Under the pieces are notes generated by a model, which was given only the letters and a program-made list of their open reading frames with translations, was not told the origin of the DNA and searched no databases. 64,000 bases of DNA, taken from positions 3,499 through 67,498 of the forward strand of contig CAUQIK010000004.1 of assembly GCA_963518035.1 (NCBI GenBank), read 5' to 3'. Both the position numbers and the translations under genes were made by a program. This document shows, in pieces, positions 1-14,079 of the stretch (position 1 is its first letter; every line of letters starts with the position of its first letter). The stretch is from an uncultured Streptococcus sp. Its GTDB lineage: Bacteria; Bacillota; Bacilli; Lactobacillales; Streptococcaceae.

Positions 1-1018
1 TAATGTCTATATTTTGCTCGCGAACTAAGGCCAACTCCTGCTTGTATTTTAAGGAATTAAGAGCAGCATTACGCAAGAGCCCAATCAACTGGATAAAGAA
101 TTGAGGACGAACCACATACATCTTTTCATACTCGTGGCTGACGTCAACAATCCCTGTGTTAAAGTAGTCATTATCTGCTTCTAACATGGTCACCAAAACG
201 GCATACTCACAGTTCTTCTCCAGACGGTCCTTGTCCAATTCCTTGTAAAAATCTGCATTCTTGTGCTTCTTCTCTGTTCCGTCAGCTTCATTTTTCATCT
301 CAAACATGATGGAAATGATTTCGACCCCATTTTCATCACATTCACGGAAGATAAAGTCCCCCTTAGACCCACGCGCAGAAACCTTGTTATCCTTCTCAAA
401 GTAGGCATTTGGAAAGGCAAAACTACGGACCTTGTTAAACTCACTCTCTGCGTACTGTTCTAGGCTTTCCCCGATAGCTTTTGTAGATTGTTGAGCCTTA
501 AAATTCTTATAAAACTCGACTTGTTCACTAGCTGCCTTGAGTTGAGCTTCGTAGTTTTGCTTAACTGAAGCAAGAGAGAGTTCGTTTTCTTTTTCTTGCA
601 AGAGAAGCTGATTTTTAACCTGGTCTCGTTCTTTTTCTAGGTCAGAGAGGGTCTTCTGTAGTTGATTTTCATGTTCCAAACGCAAGGTGGCCAATTGGTT
701 TTCCAAGGCCTGTACTTCCTTGTCCTTAGCCAATAAGGCCTGATGGCTTGTCTGTTCAACCTCTTTCTTGGCCAATTCTTTTTCTGTATCAAAGTTTTGG
801 ATTTGACTCTGTAATTGAGCAATTTCTTGGTCTTTTTGAGCTAGTTTAGACTGTTGTTCATTCATGGCCTTTTGCTCAGCCAAGGCCAGTTCCTGCTTCA
901 TCCGATCGTGCAATTCCTTATCAAACTCTGCTGTTCTCACTTGGGATAAAAGTTCAGCATACTGACTTTCATTTACTGTAAAGACTTCCTCACAGTTGGG
1001 GCATTTGATTTCGTTCAT
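1..1018 (-). CDS. DUF2130 domain-containing coiled-coil protein (3' end runs off the window)
   Basis: Not in the ORF track. ATG at 1018 with an AGAGGA RBS; reads MNEIKCPNCEEVFTVNESQYAELLSQVRTAEFDKELHDR (N-terminal CxxC), then coiled coil, then KGDFIFRE..IMFEMKNE..KELDKDR..EYAVLVTMLE; open to the window edge. Confidence 0.85.
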   Translation of the reverse strand, partial: MNEIKCPNCEEVFTVNESQYAELLSQVRTAEFDKELHDRMKQELALAEQKAMNEQQSKLAQKDQEIAQLQSQIQNFDTEKELAKKEVEQTSHQALLAKDKEVQALENQLATLRLEHENQLQKTLSDLEKERDQVKNQLLLQEKENELSLASVKQNYEAQLKAASEQVEFYKNFKAQQSTKAIGESLEQYAESEFNKVRSFAFPNAYFEKDNKVSARGSKGDFIFRECDENGVEIISIMFEMKNEADGTEKKHKNADFYKELDKDRLEKNCEYAVLVTMLEADNDYFNTGIVDVSHEYEKMYVVRPQFFIQLIGLLRNAALNSLKYKQELALVREQNIDI

Positions 1019-1113
1019 ATCATTCCTCTTTCTAGACTTCTTTATCCATTATATCATGCCTGAGGGAAAATCAAAAACAGCGAGTCGAAACCCACTGTTT
1101 ATCTTCTTTTTCT

Positions 1114-2394
1114 TTAAATTTTTTCCAAGGCCAAGCGCAAGTCTTCAATCAAATCATCTACATTTTCAAGTCCAATAGACAAGCGGATTTGGTTTGGTGT
1201 GACTCCTGCTGCTTCTAGATCTTTTTTTGACAATTGACCGTGAGTAGTTGTTGCTGGATGGACAACAAGCGATTTAGCATCTGCCACGTTTGCTAGATCA
1301 GAAAAGATTTCTAAATGATCAATTACCTTGCGTGCCTCTGCCTCCCCACCTTTGACATGGAAGGTAAAGATTGAGCCCACACCTTTAGGCAAGTATTTCT
1401 CAGCCAAGGCATGGTAAGGACTATCAGCCAATTTTGGATAGTTGACTTTTTCTACCTTAGGATGGTTGACAAGGAAATCAACAATTTTCTCTGCATTTTG
1501 CACATGACGTTCGACACGAAGAGAAAGTGTTTCCAGTCCTTGAAGCAAGAGGAAGGCATTAAATGGTGACAAGGCTGCACCTGTATCACGAAGCAATTGG
1601 ACACGGACAGCGATAATAAAGGCTGCTGCACCCACATCACGAGTATAGCTCAAGTTGTGATAGCTTGGATCCTCGTCAACAAATTGAGGGAATTTCCCTG
1701 AAGCCGCCCAGTCAAAACGACCGCTATCGACAATCACTCCACCAATAGTCGTACCATGGCCACCGATAAACTTAGTCGCAGAGTGAATAGCAATATCTAC
1801 ACCGTGAGAAAAGACGTTAATCAAATAAGGTGTAGCAAAAGTATTGTCAGAAACAAGTGGAATCTGATACTTATGAGCAATCTCTGCCAATTTTTCCAAA
1901 TCTGGAATATTAATCAAGGGGTTACCCAAGGTTTCAATCAGAACAAGCTTGGTATTGTCATTGATAGCTGCTTCCACTTCCTCCAAATTATCAATGTCGA
2001 CAAAGGTTGTTGTGATACCATAACGAGGAAGGGTTTCTTTCAAAAGATTGAAGGTTCCACCGTAAATAGTTGATGCCGCTACTACATGATCACCAGCATG
2101 GGCAAGCGCCAAAATCGTATAAGTCACTGCAGCCATACCTGATGCGGTTGCAAGAGCTCCAACACCACCTTCAAGGGCAGCAATTCTTTCTTCAAAGGCA
2201 GCTGTTGTGGGGTTGGTGATACGAGTATAAATGTTCCCTGGTTTTCTCAAGGCAAACAAATCGGCACCTTCCTGCGTGTCATCAAAAACAAAGGATGTTG
2301 TTTGATAAATCGGCACCGCACGAGACTTGGTAGCTGGATCCACAACTTGACCAGCATGTAGTTGCAAAGTTTCAAATTTAAAATCACGAGTCAT
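1114..2394 (-). CDS. metY: O-acetylhomoserine aminocarboxypropyltransferase / cysteine synthase (PLP)
   Basis: FETLQLHAG, PIYQTTSF, IYTRITNPT, PLP motif HSATKFIGGHG, ANVADAKSLVVHPATTTH. Confidence 0.9.
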   Translation of the reverse strand: MTRDFKFETLQLHAGQVVDPATKSRAVPIYQTTSFVFDDTQEGADLFALRKPGNIYTRITNPTTAAFEERIAALEGGVGALATASGMAAVTYTILALAHAGDHVVAASTIYGGTFNLLKETLPRYGITTTFVDIDNLEEVEAAINDNTKLVLIETLGNPLINIPDLEKLAEIAHKYQIPLVSDNTFATPYLINVFSHGVDIAIHSATKFIGGHGTTIGGVIVDSGRFDWAASGKFPQFVDEDPSYHNLSYTRDVGAAAFIIAVRVQLLRDTGAALSPFNAFLLLQGLETLSLRVERHVQNAEKIVDFLVNHPKVEKVNYPKLADSPYHALAEKYLPKGVGSIFTFHVKGGEAEARKVIDHLEIFSDLANVADAKSLVVHPATTTHGQLSKKDLEAAGVTPNQIRLSIGLENVDDLIEDLRLALEKI

Positions 2395-2442
2395 AAAACG
2401 ACCTCCAAATAGTTTGATTAAGGATATTGTAGCACCTTAAGG

Positions 2443-2459
2443 TATAGTTTACAAATATC
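2443..2459. promoter_or_regulatory. Possible LysR-type (MetR/CmbR-like) box upstream of metY
   Basis: TATAGTTTACAAATATC has 3 mismatches to the streptococcal Met-box TATAGTTTNAAACTATA and lies ~50 bp upstream of a sulfur amino-acid gene. Confidence 0.4.
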
Positions 2460-2541
2460 AGTTTTCTATATTTTGATATAAGAAATAGCTATTACTCTAT
2501 TTTAAAAACGAAAAAAGCACGACTCAATCGTGCTCATTTTC

Positions 2542-3339
2542 TTAATCTACATAAGTATCTTCATTTTTATTGAGGAAGGCATATGGAAGACCCATCAAGA
2601 GACCACCACCGATCAAGTTCCCAATGAAGGTTACCCCCCAGTGACGAAGCATATTTCCAACACCGAAGTTAGCAATTGAATCAGCAGCAACACTGAATTT
2701 TACAATCGCGAAAGAAGCAAAGTTAGCCGCAATGTGCTCGTTTGTTAAGAATACAAACATGTAAATCGCCGACAACACAAGCCAAAGTTTGGCACCACCA
2801 TCTTTGACCAAAACAAATGAAAGAATCGCAATATTTACGAAAATATTTGCCAAAATCGCCTCAAGCAAGATTAATTCATTTGAACGGCCTAACTTCATCT
2901 CAACAACCCCTGAGATGAAACTATCGTGAGTCAGATTTGCATAGGCTGCTGAATGCGCAAAGCCCCAACCTGCTATCAAGGCTCCGATAAGGTTGAACAA
3001 GGTACAGTAAAGTAAAATCTCAGCTGTTTTTCTCCAAGAGATTTTTTTCAAGAAACTACCAGCAGTCAAGAACATCATGTTTGATGTTACCAACTCGGCA
3101 TTCAAGAAAACAATGTAGGCCAAGCCCCAAGCAAAGACAAATGGGAAGAGGAATCGTCCACTACCTGGTGCGATTTTATTAATCAAGTCAGCTCCAACTG
3201 CACCAGCAGCAGTACTGAAGGTTAAAAATGCACCTGCAAACATAGAACGAATCGCATACTTAAATTTGCTTTGACTATAAAGACTTTCTTTCTTCTTGCA
3301 AGCAAATTCAATCTTTGAGATAAATTCTGAAGAAACCAT
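2542..3339 (-). CDS. Formate/nitrite transporter (FNT) family protein
   Basis: Hydrophobic 265 aa with AELVTSN, EHIAAN and GNLIGG motifs. Confidence 0.9.
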   Translation of the reverse strand: MVSSEFISKIEFACKKKESLYSQSKFKYAIRSMFAGAFLTFSTAAGAVGADLINKIAPGSGRFLFPFVFAWGLAYIVFLNAELVTSNMMFLTAGSFLKKISWRKTAEILLYCTLFNLIGALIAGWGFAHSAAYANLTHDSFISGVVEMKLGRSNELILLEAILANIFVNIAILSFVLVKDGGAKLWLVLSAIYMFVFLTNEHIAANFASFAIVKFSVAADSIANFGVGNMLRHWGVTFIGNLIGGGLLMGLPYAFLNKNEDTYVD

Positions 3340-3446
3340 AATAAACTCCTAAAAATTTTTTACCTGATAATTATATCACAAACTTTAGAATTAAGGAAAC
3401 GTTTTCTGTATTTCATAACAGTTTATTTTGAAACGCAATCTATAAA

Positions 3447-3478
3447 AAATCAGTAAAACCTAAGATTTTACTGATTTA
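3447..3478 (-). terminator. Intrinsic terminator after srtA
   Basis: Inverted repeat AAATCAGTAAAA...TTTTACTGATTT with a T-run on the minus strand. Confidence 0.7.
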
Positions 3479-3481
3479 TCT

Positions 3482-4225
3482 TTAATAACGTTGTTTATAT
3501 GGTTGATTGAAAGCTGTTAAAATTTCTTCAGGTGTTTGTGAATAATCTTTTGTATCTTTCAAGTCACCTTTTACGATAATACGTTCTGTCGCATCATAGT
3601 CAACACAAGTTACAAGTGTGATTTCATCAACTCCAGTACGGTCATCAATCTCATCAACGCGATCTGGAGTCACATGCTTCACTTCACGGATTTCATAGGT
3701 ATAAACTTTATCCTTATCAGTAAGATAAATTTTCATCCCATTTTTAGCGCGTGATAATGGAGAAAAGAGCATTTGGCTGGCGTTTTCCGCCGTGAAGATG
3801 TGATGGCTCGCAAGGGTATAGTTTCCTTTCCCCATCACTTGATCACGCTTCATTGTACCAGCTCCATAGAAAAGATTGACATTATCAAGACCTTTAAAAA
3901 TAGGCAAGTTAATTTCTACCTCAGGAACAGCAATTCCACCGATAACTGGCAATTTTTGCGAATCCCATTGTGAGGACAAGACAGCTTCTGACGAGATGGC
4001 TTTTACGGAATCAAAGTCAAAATTCCCTTCTGTATCTTGATTTTCTTCCAATTTTTCTTTTGATACCTGGCTGACTTGGTATTTATTGGTATTCCAAACC
4101 ATGAACATATCACGAATTTTTGAATTGAAAATCAAAGCTATTGACAAGATGATTAAGAATCCTGCCAAGATATTGATTAGTAAATTTTTACGGTTTGTTT
4201 TCTTTTTATTCTTTTTATGAGACAT
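3482..4225 (-). CDS. srtA: Class A (housekeeping) sortase
   Basis: N-terminal TM anchor, NYTLASHH, catalytic TLVTC, RIIV; directly downstream of gyrA. Confidence 0.95.
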   Translation of the reverse strand: MSHKKNKKKTNRKNLLINILAGFLIILSIALIFNSKIRDMFMVWNTNKYQVSQVSKEKLEENQDTEGNFDFDSVKAISSEAVLSSQWDSQKLPVIGGIAVPEVEINLPIFKGLDNVNLFYGAGTMKRDQVMGKGNYTLASHHIFTAENASQMLFSPLSRAKNGMKIYLTDKDKVYTYEIREVKHVTPDRVDEIDDRTGVDEITLVTCVDYDATERIIVKGDLKDTKDYSQTPEEILTAFNQPYKQRY

Positions 4226-6693
4226 TATGCTTCACCTTCTGTTTCGTTTTCTGTCCCAACTTCTTCTTTTTCTTCAGCTGCAACCGTAGTAAAGGTTACA
4301 ATTTTAGCATCTTGATCTAGGCGCATCACTTTAACTCCCATAGTTGAGCGACCTGTTTGTGAAATATTGGCAACATTGGTTCGAATCATGACACCAGTAT
4401 CAGTGATAATCATCAAATCTTCATCGCCTTTAACGGTCATAAGACCAGCAAGAGAACCGTTCTTTTCTGTAATCTTAGCGGTTTGCATCCCTTTACCACC
4501 ACGACCTTTAGTTGGATATTCGGTCGCAACTGTGCGCTTACCATAGCCCTTTTCTGTGATGATAAGAACCTCGTTCTGGTCTGTAATCACACTAGCACCA
4601 ACAACTGTGTCTCCGTCACGAAGGTTAACACCTTTCACACCAGTGGCGATACGACTCATACCACGAACGGCTGATTGATTAAAGCGAACTGAATAACCAA
4701 ACTTTGTACCAATGATAATATCCGTGTCCTCTTCTGTCAGCAAGACATTAATCAACTCATCTTCATCCTTGAGGTTCAAAGCCTTGAGTCCATTCTGACG
4801 AATATTAGCAAATTCCTTAACGCTGGTTCTCTTCACAATACCATGACGGGTTGTGAAGAAGAGATAAGCATCATCACTACGTTCAGACTCAACATTGATG
4901 ATGGTCTGGATACTTTCACCTTCATCTAATTTCAAAAGATTGACGATTGGCAAGCCCTTAGCTGTACGACCATACTCAGGAATTTCATAGCCTTTCAGGC
5001 GATAGACACGTCCTTTATTTGTAAAGAAGAGTAGGTGATCATGGGTGCTGGTTGACACTAACTCACGAACAAAATCGTCATCCTTAACGCCTGTCCCTTG
5101 GACACCACGACCACCACGTTTTTGAGCAGTGAATTCTCCTTGATCCAAACGTTTGATGTAGCCTTTGTTAGAAAGTGTAATTAAGACATCCGATTCTTCA
5201 ATCAAATCTTCATCTTCAAGAGTCAAGACTTCTCCCACCATCAACTCTGTACGACGATTATCTCCAAACTTACGCTTAACTTCATCCAATTCATCTTTAA
5301 TGATTTGAGAAACACGTTCAGGCTTAGCTAGAATATCTGCTAAATCTGCAATCAGAGCCAAGAGGTCATCATACTCAGACTGAATCTTATCGCGTTCCAA
5401 ACCTGTCAAACGACGAAGACGCATATCAAGAATGGCTTGACTTTGACGTTCAGAAAGCTTAAACTTGCTCATCAACTCAGCTTGTGCTTCCGCATCCGTT
5501 TCACTAGCACGGATGATACGAATCACTTCATCGATATGGTCTAGCGCAATCAAGAGACCTTCTAAGATATGAGCACGCGCTTCTGCTTTTTCCTTATCAA
5601 AACGAGTCCGACGAACAACCACTTCTTTTTGGTGCTCGATATAAGCATCCAAAATCTGACGAAGGGACAAAATCTTGGGTACACCATTTTGGATAGCAAG
5701 CATATTGAAACCAAAGTTGGTTTGCATCTGGGTCATCTTGAAGAGATTATTGAGGATAACATTGGCTGAGGCATCACGCTTGACTTCAATAACAAATCGA
5801 ACCCCTTCACGGTTGGACTCATCACGAACCGCTGTAATGCCCTCAATGCGTTTTTCCTGAACCAAACGAACAATATGCTCATGCACCTTTGTTTTATTGA
5901 CCATATAAGGAAATTCTGTTACAACAATACGCTCACGGCCAGTCTTAGTTTCTTCGATTTCAGTACGAGAACGAAGGACAATAGAACCTTTACCTGTTTC
6001 ATAAGCCTTATGGATACCTGATTTCCCCATAACAAGAGCACCAGTTGGAAAATCTGGCCCAGGCAAGACTTCCATCAAGTCCTTAGTGGTCACTTCAGGA
6101 TTGTCCATGACCAACTTCACTGCATCAATGGTTTCACCAAGGTTATGAGGTGGAATATTGGTTGCCATCCCAACCGCAATACCAGTTGCTCCATTAACCA
6201 AAAGGTTAGGAAAGCGTGCTGGCAAGACCAAGGGTTCACGTTCATTGGCATCATAGTTATCAACGAAGTCAACTGTATTTTTGTTAATATCACGAAGCAT
6301 TTCCAGAGCAATCTTGCTCATACGTGCCTCAGTATAACGCTGGGCGGCAGCACCATCACCATCCATGGAACCAAAGTTCCCATGACCATCTACAAGCATG
6401 TAACGATAGCTCCACCATTGAGCCATACGAACCATGGCTTCATAGATAGAGGAATCCCCGTGTGGGTGATATTTACCCATGACATCCCCTGTAATACGAG
6501 CAGATTTTTTATGGGGTTTGTCTGGAGTAACACCCAATTCATTCATTCCATAGAGAATCCGACGGTGAACCGGTTTCAAGCCATCTCGAACATCAGGAAG
6601 AGCCCGCGCTACGATAACACTCATGGCGTAGTCGATAAAGCTCGTCTTCATCTCCTTTGTCAGATTGACATTCACTAAATTTCTATCCTGCAT
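4225..6693 (-). CDS. gyrA: DNA gyrase subunit A
   Basis: [27 protein letters not shown] (QRDR Ser intact), AAQRYTE, GyrA-box QKRGGRG; start taken at MQDRNL. Confidence 0.98.
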   Translation of the reverse strand: MQDRNLVNVNLTKEMKTSFIDYAMSVIVARALPDVRDGLKPVHRRILYGMNELGVTPDKPHKKSARITGDVMGKYHPHGDSSIYEAMVRMAQWWSYRYMLVDGHGNFGSMDGDGAAAQRYTEARMSKIALEMLRDINKNTVDFVDNYDANEREPLVLPARFPNLLVNGATGIAVGMATNIPPHNLGETIDAVKLVMDNPEVTTKDLMEVLPGPDFPTGALVMGKSGIHKAYETGKGSIVLRSRTEIEETKTGRERIVVTEFPYMVNKTKVHEHIVRLVQEKRIEGITAVRDESNREGVRFVIEVKRDASANVILNNLFKMTQMQTNFGFNMLAIQNGVPKILSLRQILDAYIEHQKEVVVRRTRFDKEKAEARAHILEGLLIALDHIDEVIRIIRASETDAEAQAELMSKFKLSERQSQAILDMRLRRLTGLERDKIQSEYDDLLALIADLADILAKPERVSQIIKDELDEVKRKFGDNRRTELMVGEVLTLEDEDLIEESDVLITLSNKGYIKRLDQGEFTAQKRGGRGVQGTGVKDDDFVRELVSTSTHDHLLFFTNKGRVYRLKGYEIPEYGRTAKGLPIVNLLKLDEGESIQTIINVESERSDDAYLFFTTRHGIVKRTSVKEFANIRQNGLKALNLKDEDELINVLLTEEDTDIIIGTKFGYSVRFNQSAVRGMSRIATGVKGVNLRDGDTVVGASVITDQNEVLIITEKGYGKRTVATEYPTKGRGGKGMQTAKITEKNGSLAGLMTVKGDEDLMIITDTGVMIRTNVANISQTGRSTMGVKVMRLDQDAKIVTFTTVAAEEKEEVGTENETEGEA

Positions 6694-6845
6694 TAATAAA
6701 TGCCTCATTTCACTATTAGTAATTAACTATATTATACCATAATGTCCGCTATATTTCAGGTATCTAAAATCACTAAAACGTTTACATCAAGAACTGAAAT
6801 GCATATCCGTGACAAAGCTTTTTAAAAGTGATAGAATTAAAATAA

Positions 6846-7874
<1,029 letters not shown>

Positions 7875-7884
7875 TTTAGATAGT

Positions 7885-7918
7885 AATAACTCCTTGAGTC
7901 ATCAGGGAGTTATTTTTT
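7885..7918 (+). terminator. ldh intrinsic terminator
   Basis: AATAACTCCTTGA...TCAGGGAGTTATT followed by a T-run. Confidence 0.8.
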
Positions 7919-7962
7919 ATCTGTATTTGAACTAAACATTTTATGAAGTTTACGTAAAAAAC

Positions 7963-8102
7963 AACATAACTTTAAAAGCTATCATGTCACAGTTTGGGCA
8001 TAAATCCGAAAAACTAATAATTAGATCTATACTCACGTTACAAAAGGTCTGGAGCAAGTAGTATTTGACGCACTTGATACCGTCCCATTAAATCGAAAGT
8101 AA
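7963..8102 (+). pseudogene. Remnant of a tyrosine recombinase/integrase 3' end
   Basis: Two adjacent frames read NITLKAIMSQFGHKSEKL / IYTHVTKGLEQVVFDALDTVPLNRK*, matching the integrase box II pattern (LKxIxxxxGH...IYTHV) with a frameshift near 8020. Confidence 0.65.
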
Positions 8103-8193
8103 AAAGTTTTGCCCCCTTTTTGCCACCTAGACAAAAAAAGAGCCCATCATACAGGCTAGAAAGCTTGATATGATAGGCTTTTTTTCATTTTGA

Positions 8194-9699
8194 TTAGCGT
8201 ACTGTACGGATACGCATTGTGTTTGTACGAACAGCTTCTCCAACTGGTACACCAGCTACGATAACGATATCGTCACCAGATTGTACAAGTCCTGCTTCAA
8301 CTGCTTTACGTTCAGCGATTTCGAACATATCGTCAGTTGATGATGGAGCATCTGTCAACATTGGGATAACACCCCAGTTCAACATCAATCCACGTTCTGT
8401 CAATTCATCGAATGTCAATGCCAAGATGTCAGCATTTGGACGGTATTTAGAGATCAAACGTGCAGTGTGACCTGTCTTAGTAAGTGTTACAACCAATTTG
8501 ATATCCATTGAGTTAGTAGCATCTTTAACAGCTGAAGCCATTACTTCTGTCTTAGAGTTACGTTCAAATGAATCTGAGTTCAAACGTCCGTATTCGTTAA
8601 GAAGAGTTTGAGCGTTCTTGTCGATTGTAGCCATTGTAGTTACTGACTCAAGTGGGTATTTACCATTTGCAGACTCACCTGAAAGCATTGTTGCGTCAGT
8701 TCCATCGATAACAGCGTTAAATACGTCTGATACTTCTGAACGAGTTGCACGTGGTTTTTCAGTCATTGTTTCAAGCATGTTTGTTGCAGTGATAACAACT
8801 TTACCTGCAGCATTGACTTTAGTGATAATCATTTTTTGGTAAACTGGAACCATTTCGAATGGTACTTCGATACCCATGTCACCACGAGCGATCATGATAC
8901 CATCAGCAGCTTCGATGATTTCATCCAAGTTATCGATACCTTGTTGGTTTTCGATTTTAGCGAACAATTGAACATGTCCATTTCCAGTTTCTTCACAGAT
9001 TGCACGAACTTCGTTAACGTCTTTAGCAGTACGTACGAATGAAATCGCGATGAAGTTGATACCTTGTTCAAGACCGAAGCGGATATCATCGTTATCACGA
9101 TCAGCAAGAGCTGGGAAAGGAATTTTAGTGTTAGGGATGTTAACACCTTTTTGTTTAGCAATTACGCCATCGTTTTCAACTTCAACTTCAAATTCACGAG
9201 TTGCATCATCTTTAGCAACCACACGAAGACCAAGTTTACCATCGTCAACCAAAACTTGACGACCAACTTCAACATCATCATAGATATCAAGAGCACCAGC
9301 AACGTTCAATGCAATCACTTCACGAGTTGATTTGATTCCTTGTTTAGTTGCAACACGGATTTTTTCACCAGTTTTGTATGAATACTCTTTAGCTTCACCT
9401 TCGAACAATTCTGTACGGATTTCTGGTCCTTTTGTATCAAGAAGGAAACCAACTTTTTTACCTGCAAGTTTTTCTGCAAGTTTAACAGTTGCCATACGCT
9501 CACCTTGTTCTTGGTGGTCACCGTGTGAGAAGTTGAAACGGAATGTGTTAGCACCAGCTTCAATCAATTTGGCAATGTTTTTAGCTGAAGCTTCAACATC
9601 AAGTTTTTCACCCCAGTATCCGTCATCACCAAATTTTTTACCACCACGGATTTCTACCGCAGGTCCCAAAGTTGCAACGATTTTTACACGTTTATTCAT
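8194..9699 (-). CDS. pyk: Pyruvate kinase
   Basis: KIVATLGPA, RFNFSHG, LDTKGPEIR, IMIARGDMGIE, MLSGESA. Confidence 0.98.
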   Translation of the reverse strand: MNKRVKIVATLGPAVEIRGGKKFGDDGYWGEKLDVEASAKNIAKLIEAGANTFRFNFSHGDHQEQGERMATVKLAEKLAGKKVGFLLDTKGPEIRTELFEGEAKEYSYKTGEKIRVATKQGIKSTREVIALNVAGALDIYDDVEVGRQVLVDDGKLGLRVVAKDDATREFEVEVENDGVIAKQKGVNIPNTKIPFPALADRDNDDIRFGLEQGINFIAISFVRTAKDVNEVRAICEETGNGHVQLFAKIENQQGIDNLDEIIEAADGIMIARGDMGIEVPFEMVPVYQKMIITKVNAAGKVVITATNMLETMTEKPRATRSEVSDVFNAVIDGTDATMLSGESANGKYPLESVTTMATIDKNAQTLLNEYGRLNSDSFERNSKTEVMASAVKDATNSMDIKLVVTLTKTGHTARLISKYRPNADILALTFDELTERGLMLNWGVIPMLTDAPSSTDDMFEIAERKAVEAGLVQSGDDIVIVAGVPVGEAVRTNTMRIRTVR

Positions 9700-9755
9700 G
9701 ATTTTTGTGACTCCTTTATATATGACCTTTTTGGTCTTATTAACTAAATTATAAA

Positions 9756-10844
<1,089 letters not shown>

Positions 10845-10865
<21 letters not shown>

Positions 10866-13800
10866 AACTATTCCATTCAATTTCGCCTCTAATTCATCAG
10901 ATTTGGCTACAAAATGGTTGGGAGAAACAATTGTTCTCTGTTCCTCTTCATACCTGATAATGACTGGGATTGGGCCTTTATACTGGTCTAAAATTCTCGA
11001 AATTTCTTGATCCGAATCATGATTCTTCACCTGAATCCAAAAGCGCTCAGCCACTGCTTCTCTTATTTCTTGTGCAATCATTTGCAGACGACCGTCACGT
11101 GATTGGATTTTTCCTTTTATATAGTAGAAGGCTCCTTCTCTTACTTCCTGTCCAACCTGTCGATATAAATCTGAAAAAAGGGTAACATCCAATTTTTTCT
11201 TACTGTCATCCACCTGTAAGAAAGCCATATTTTCACCCTTTTTGGTACGAATCACTTTTATTTTCTGAATTTCAACCAATATAATAGAGTGACTGTTTTC
11301 TGACAAATTTCCGATTGGTGTAATCGGGTAAATAGCCTTACTTGCAATAGCTTGTAGTGGATGTTTGCTGACGCCTACTCCTAGAAGCTCTTGTTCCATG
11401 TAGAATTTTTCTTGCTCCGACCAGTCCTCCGAATCTTGCCAACTATAGATGGTCTCTCCAAATAAGCTTCCTAATACTTTCACAAATTCAAATAGATTAG
11501 CTAAATTATTGAATACTTTTTTACGATTTTTTTCAAATGAATCGAAAAGACCAACTTTTACCAAAGGTTCCAGCAAGGGAAGTTTCAAATAATTCTCAGG
11601 TAGTTTAGCTAAAAAATCTTCAATATTAGAATAAGGTCTATGTTCAATAATCCAAATAGCCAAATCCTTGCTGAGCCCCTTAATCGATTTCAAACCTAGA
11701 TAGATAGACTTGTTCGCAATTTTATCGTGATAGGGAATAGTATTAATGGACAATGGGGCTACTTCAAAACCTGCTTCCAAGGCATCTGTTACATAATCAC
11801 TGTTGGCAGAATTCAACATAATCTGATAAAAGATAGCTGGATAATGTGTTTTAAAATAAGCCAACTGGAAGGCCAAGGCTGAGTAGGCATAGGCGTGAGA
11901 TCTATTAAATCCATAACCTGCAAACTTCTCCATAACATCAAAAACCTGCTCTGCTTTTTCCGCAGTATGACCAGCTTCTATGGAGCCTTGAATAAAGGAA
12001 GCCCTCATCTCATGCATGGCAGTGGCATCCTTTTTACCCATAGCTCGACGCAAAATATCGGCCTTCCCAAGACTAAATCCAGCAAAGCGCTGAGCAACCT
12101 GCATAACCTGCTCCTGATAGAGCATAATTCCATAAGTTGGAGCCAAAATATCCTCCAGAGCTGGATCTAGAACAGTCACTTCTTCCTGCCCATGTTTTCT
12201 AGCTACAAAATTATTGATATAATCACTAGCACCTGGTCGATTTAGGGAAGTAGTTGCTACAACATCTTCAAAACAGACTGGCTGCACACGCTTAAGTAGC
12301 CGAATGGCACCAGGTTGCTCAAATTGAAAGATACCTTTTGTATTGCCAGAAGCAAAAAGAGCTAGCGTTTCTTTATCTTCCAAATCGATTTCTTCAATTT
12401 TCAAGTGAATATCTTCTGTTTCAGCAAGCAATTCTTGCATCTTCTGGACAAAGGTCAAATTTCGTAGCCCCAGAAAATCCATTTTCAAAAGTCCACTTGC
12501 TTCAACTCCATGAGCATCATACTGAGTCAGTGGAATTTCGTCACCATGCTTTAGAGGGATGTAGTTGGTCAAATCTTGGTCACTGATCACAACACCAGCC
12601 GCATGGACAGAGGTTTGTCTTGGATATCCCTCAATCTTGCAGGCAATTTCAAAAGCTTTTTGGTATTCTAACTTACTATTGATTTGCTGACGAAACTGGA
12701 GGTTACCCTCATAGGCCGACTTGAGATTATCACGAAAACTGATTTTCTTGGTAATTGCAGATAATTCATACTCTGGAACACCAAAGCGCTTCAAGACATC
12801 TCGCAAAGCTTGTTTAGCACCAAAGGTTGAAAAAGTAACGATTTGAGCCGCATGTTTACTGCCGTATTTATTACCAACATATCTGATAAAATCTGGACGA
12901 TAAATATCTGGGATATCAATATCAATATCAGGCATAGTATAGCGTTCACGATTGAGGAAACGTTCAAAAATCAGATTTTTCTCTACTGGGTCAATCCCTG
13001 TAATGTCTAAAGCATAGGAAACCAAGCTACCAACTGCGGAACCCCGTCCCATTCCCATATAATAACCATTCGAACGTCCAAAACGCAACAAATCCCAGAC
13101 AACCAAGAAATAATCATCAAAGCCCATATCATGAATAACAGCCAATTCTTGGTCTAGACGGTCTTGATATTCTTTACTAGTCAACCCCTTCTGAGCAAGC
13201 CCCAATTCAGCACGTTCTCTCAACTCTTCTACTGCTGGTCTAGCTGGGTTAAAACGTGGCAGTTTCAGACTAGTATCCAAGTCATAAGAAATACCTGAAA
13301 TAAGCTTTTCTAAATTGTCCAAGGCTTGCGGAAAACGTTCTTGAAATAATTTCTCTAAAGAACTTGCAGATATAAAGACATCTTGTCGCGAGCGCAAAGG
13401 AACTTCTCTAAGCGGTAGATTTTCTTTAATCGCTGTTAAGACTTGCAGAACTTCTCTATCCCTGCTTTCAAAGGCATTGACCCGATAAAGGGGCAAGATT
13501 GGATGATGAAATTGGCTTGCTAGTGTTTCTGGATAAACCCCAATATAATAATAACGGCCTAGTTCTAATAACTCCAATCCATCAAAATAAGGCACAATTA
13601 CCGCAATATCCTCTAAGTACTGAGATAAAACAGACCAATCTTTCTCCCCCTGCATCTTGGCTGTTGAAAGCTTCATCAACTGCTGATAGCCTACACTAGA
13701 TAGAGCTAAAAAGCGTAAATTCACTTCCTGATTATCTACAAACACAGTCATCTCAAGACCTAGCAAAGGATGAATGCCATATTTTTTTGTAATCTCTAGA

Positions 13801-13946
13801 AAGTCAAAAGCACCGTAAAGATTATCAATATCCATCATAGCCAGATGAGTGTAGCCGAATTCTTTAGCTGCTCTCACATACTTGTCGATCGAAATGACGC
13901 TCTCCATAAAACTATAGACTGTTTTTGTATCTAGTTGTGCGATCAA
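10845..13946 (-). CDS. dnaE: DNA polymerase III alpha subunit
   Basis: PHP domain, GRGSAVGS, MPDIDID, HAAGVV, KMDFLGL, FNRSHAYAY; TTG start inferred at 13946 after a GAGGAG RBS. Confidence 0.97.
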
Positions 13947-14003
13947 TTTACACTTCTCCTCTATCATTCTCTCTATATTATACCATTTTCAAAAAGAGAA
14001 AGA

Positions 14004-14038
14004 AAAGAACCTGAGATAGTAAATCTCAAGTTCTTTCT
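14004..14038 (-). terminator. Terminator after the giant adhesin gene
   Basis: AAAGAACCTGAGAT...ATCTCAAGTTCTTT hairpin with T-rich tail. Confidence 0.7.
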
Positions 14039-14079
14039 GTATTTGATTGCAAGTTAGAATTTAATATGGAGCAAAATGA

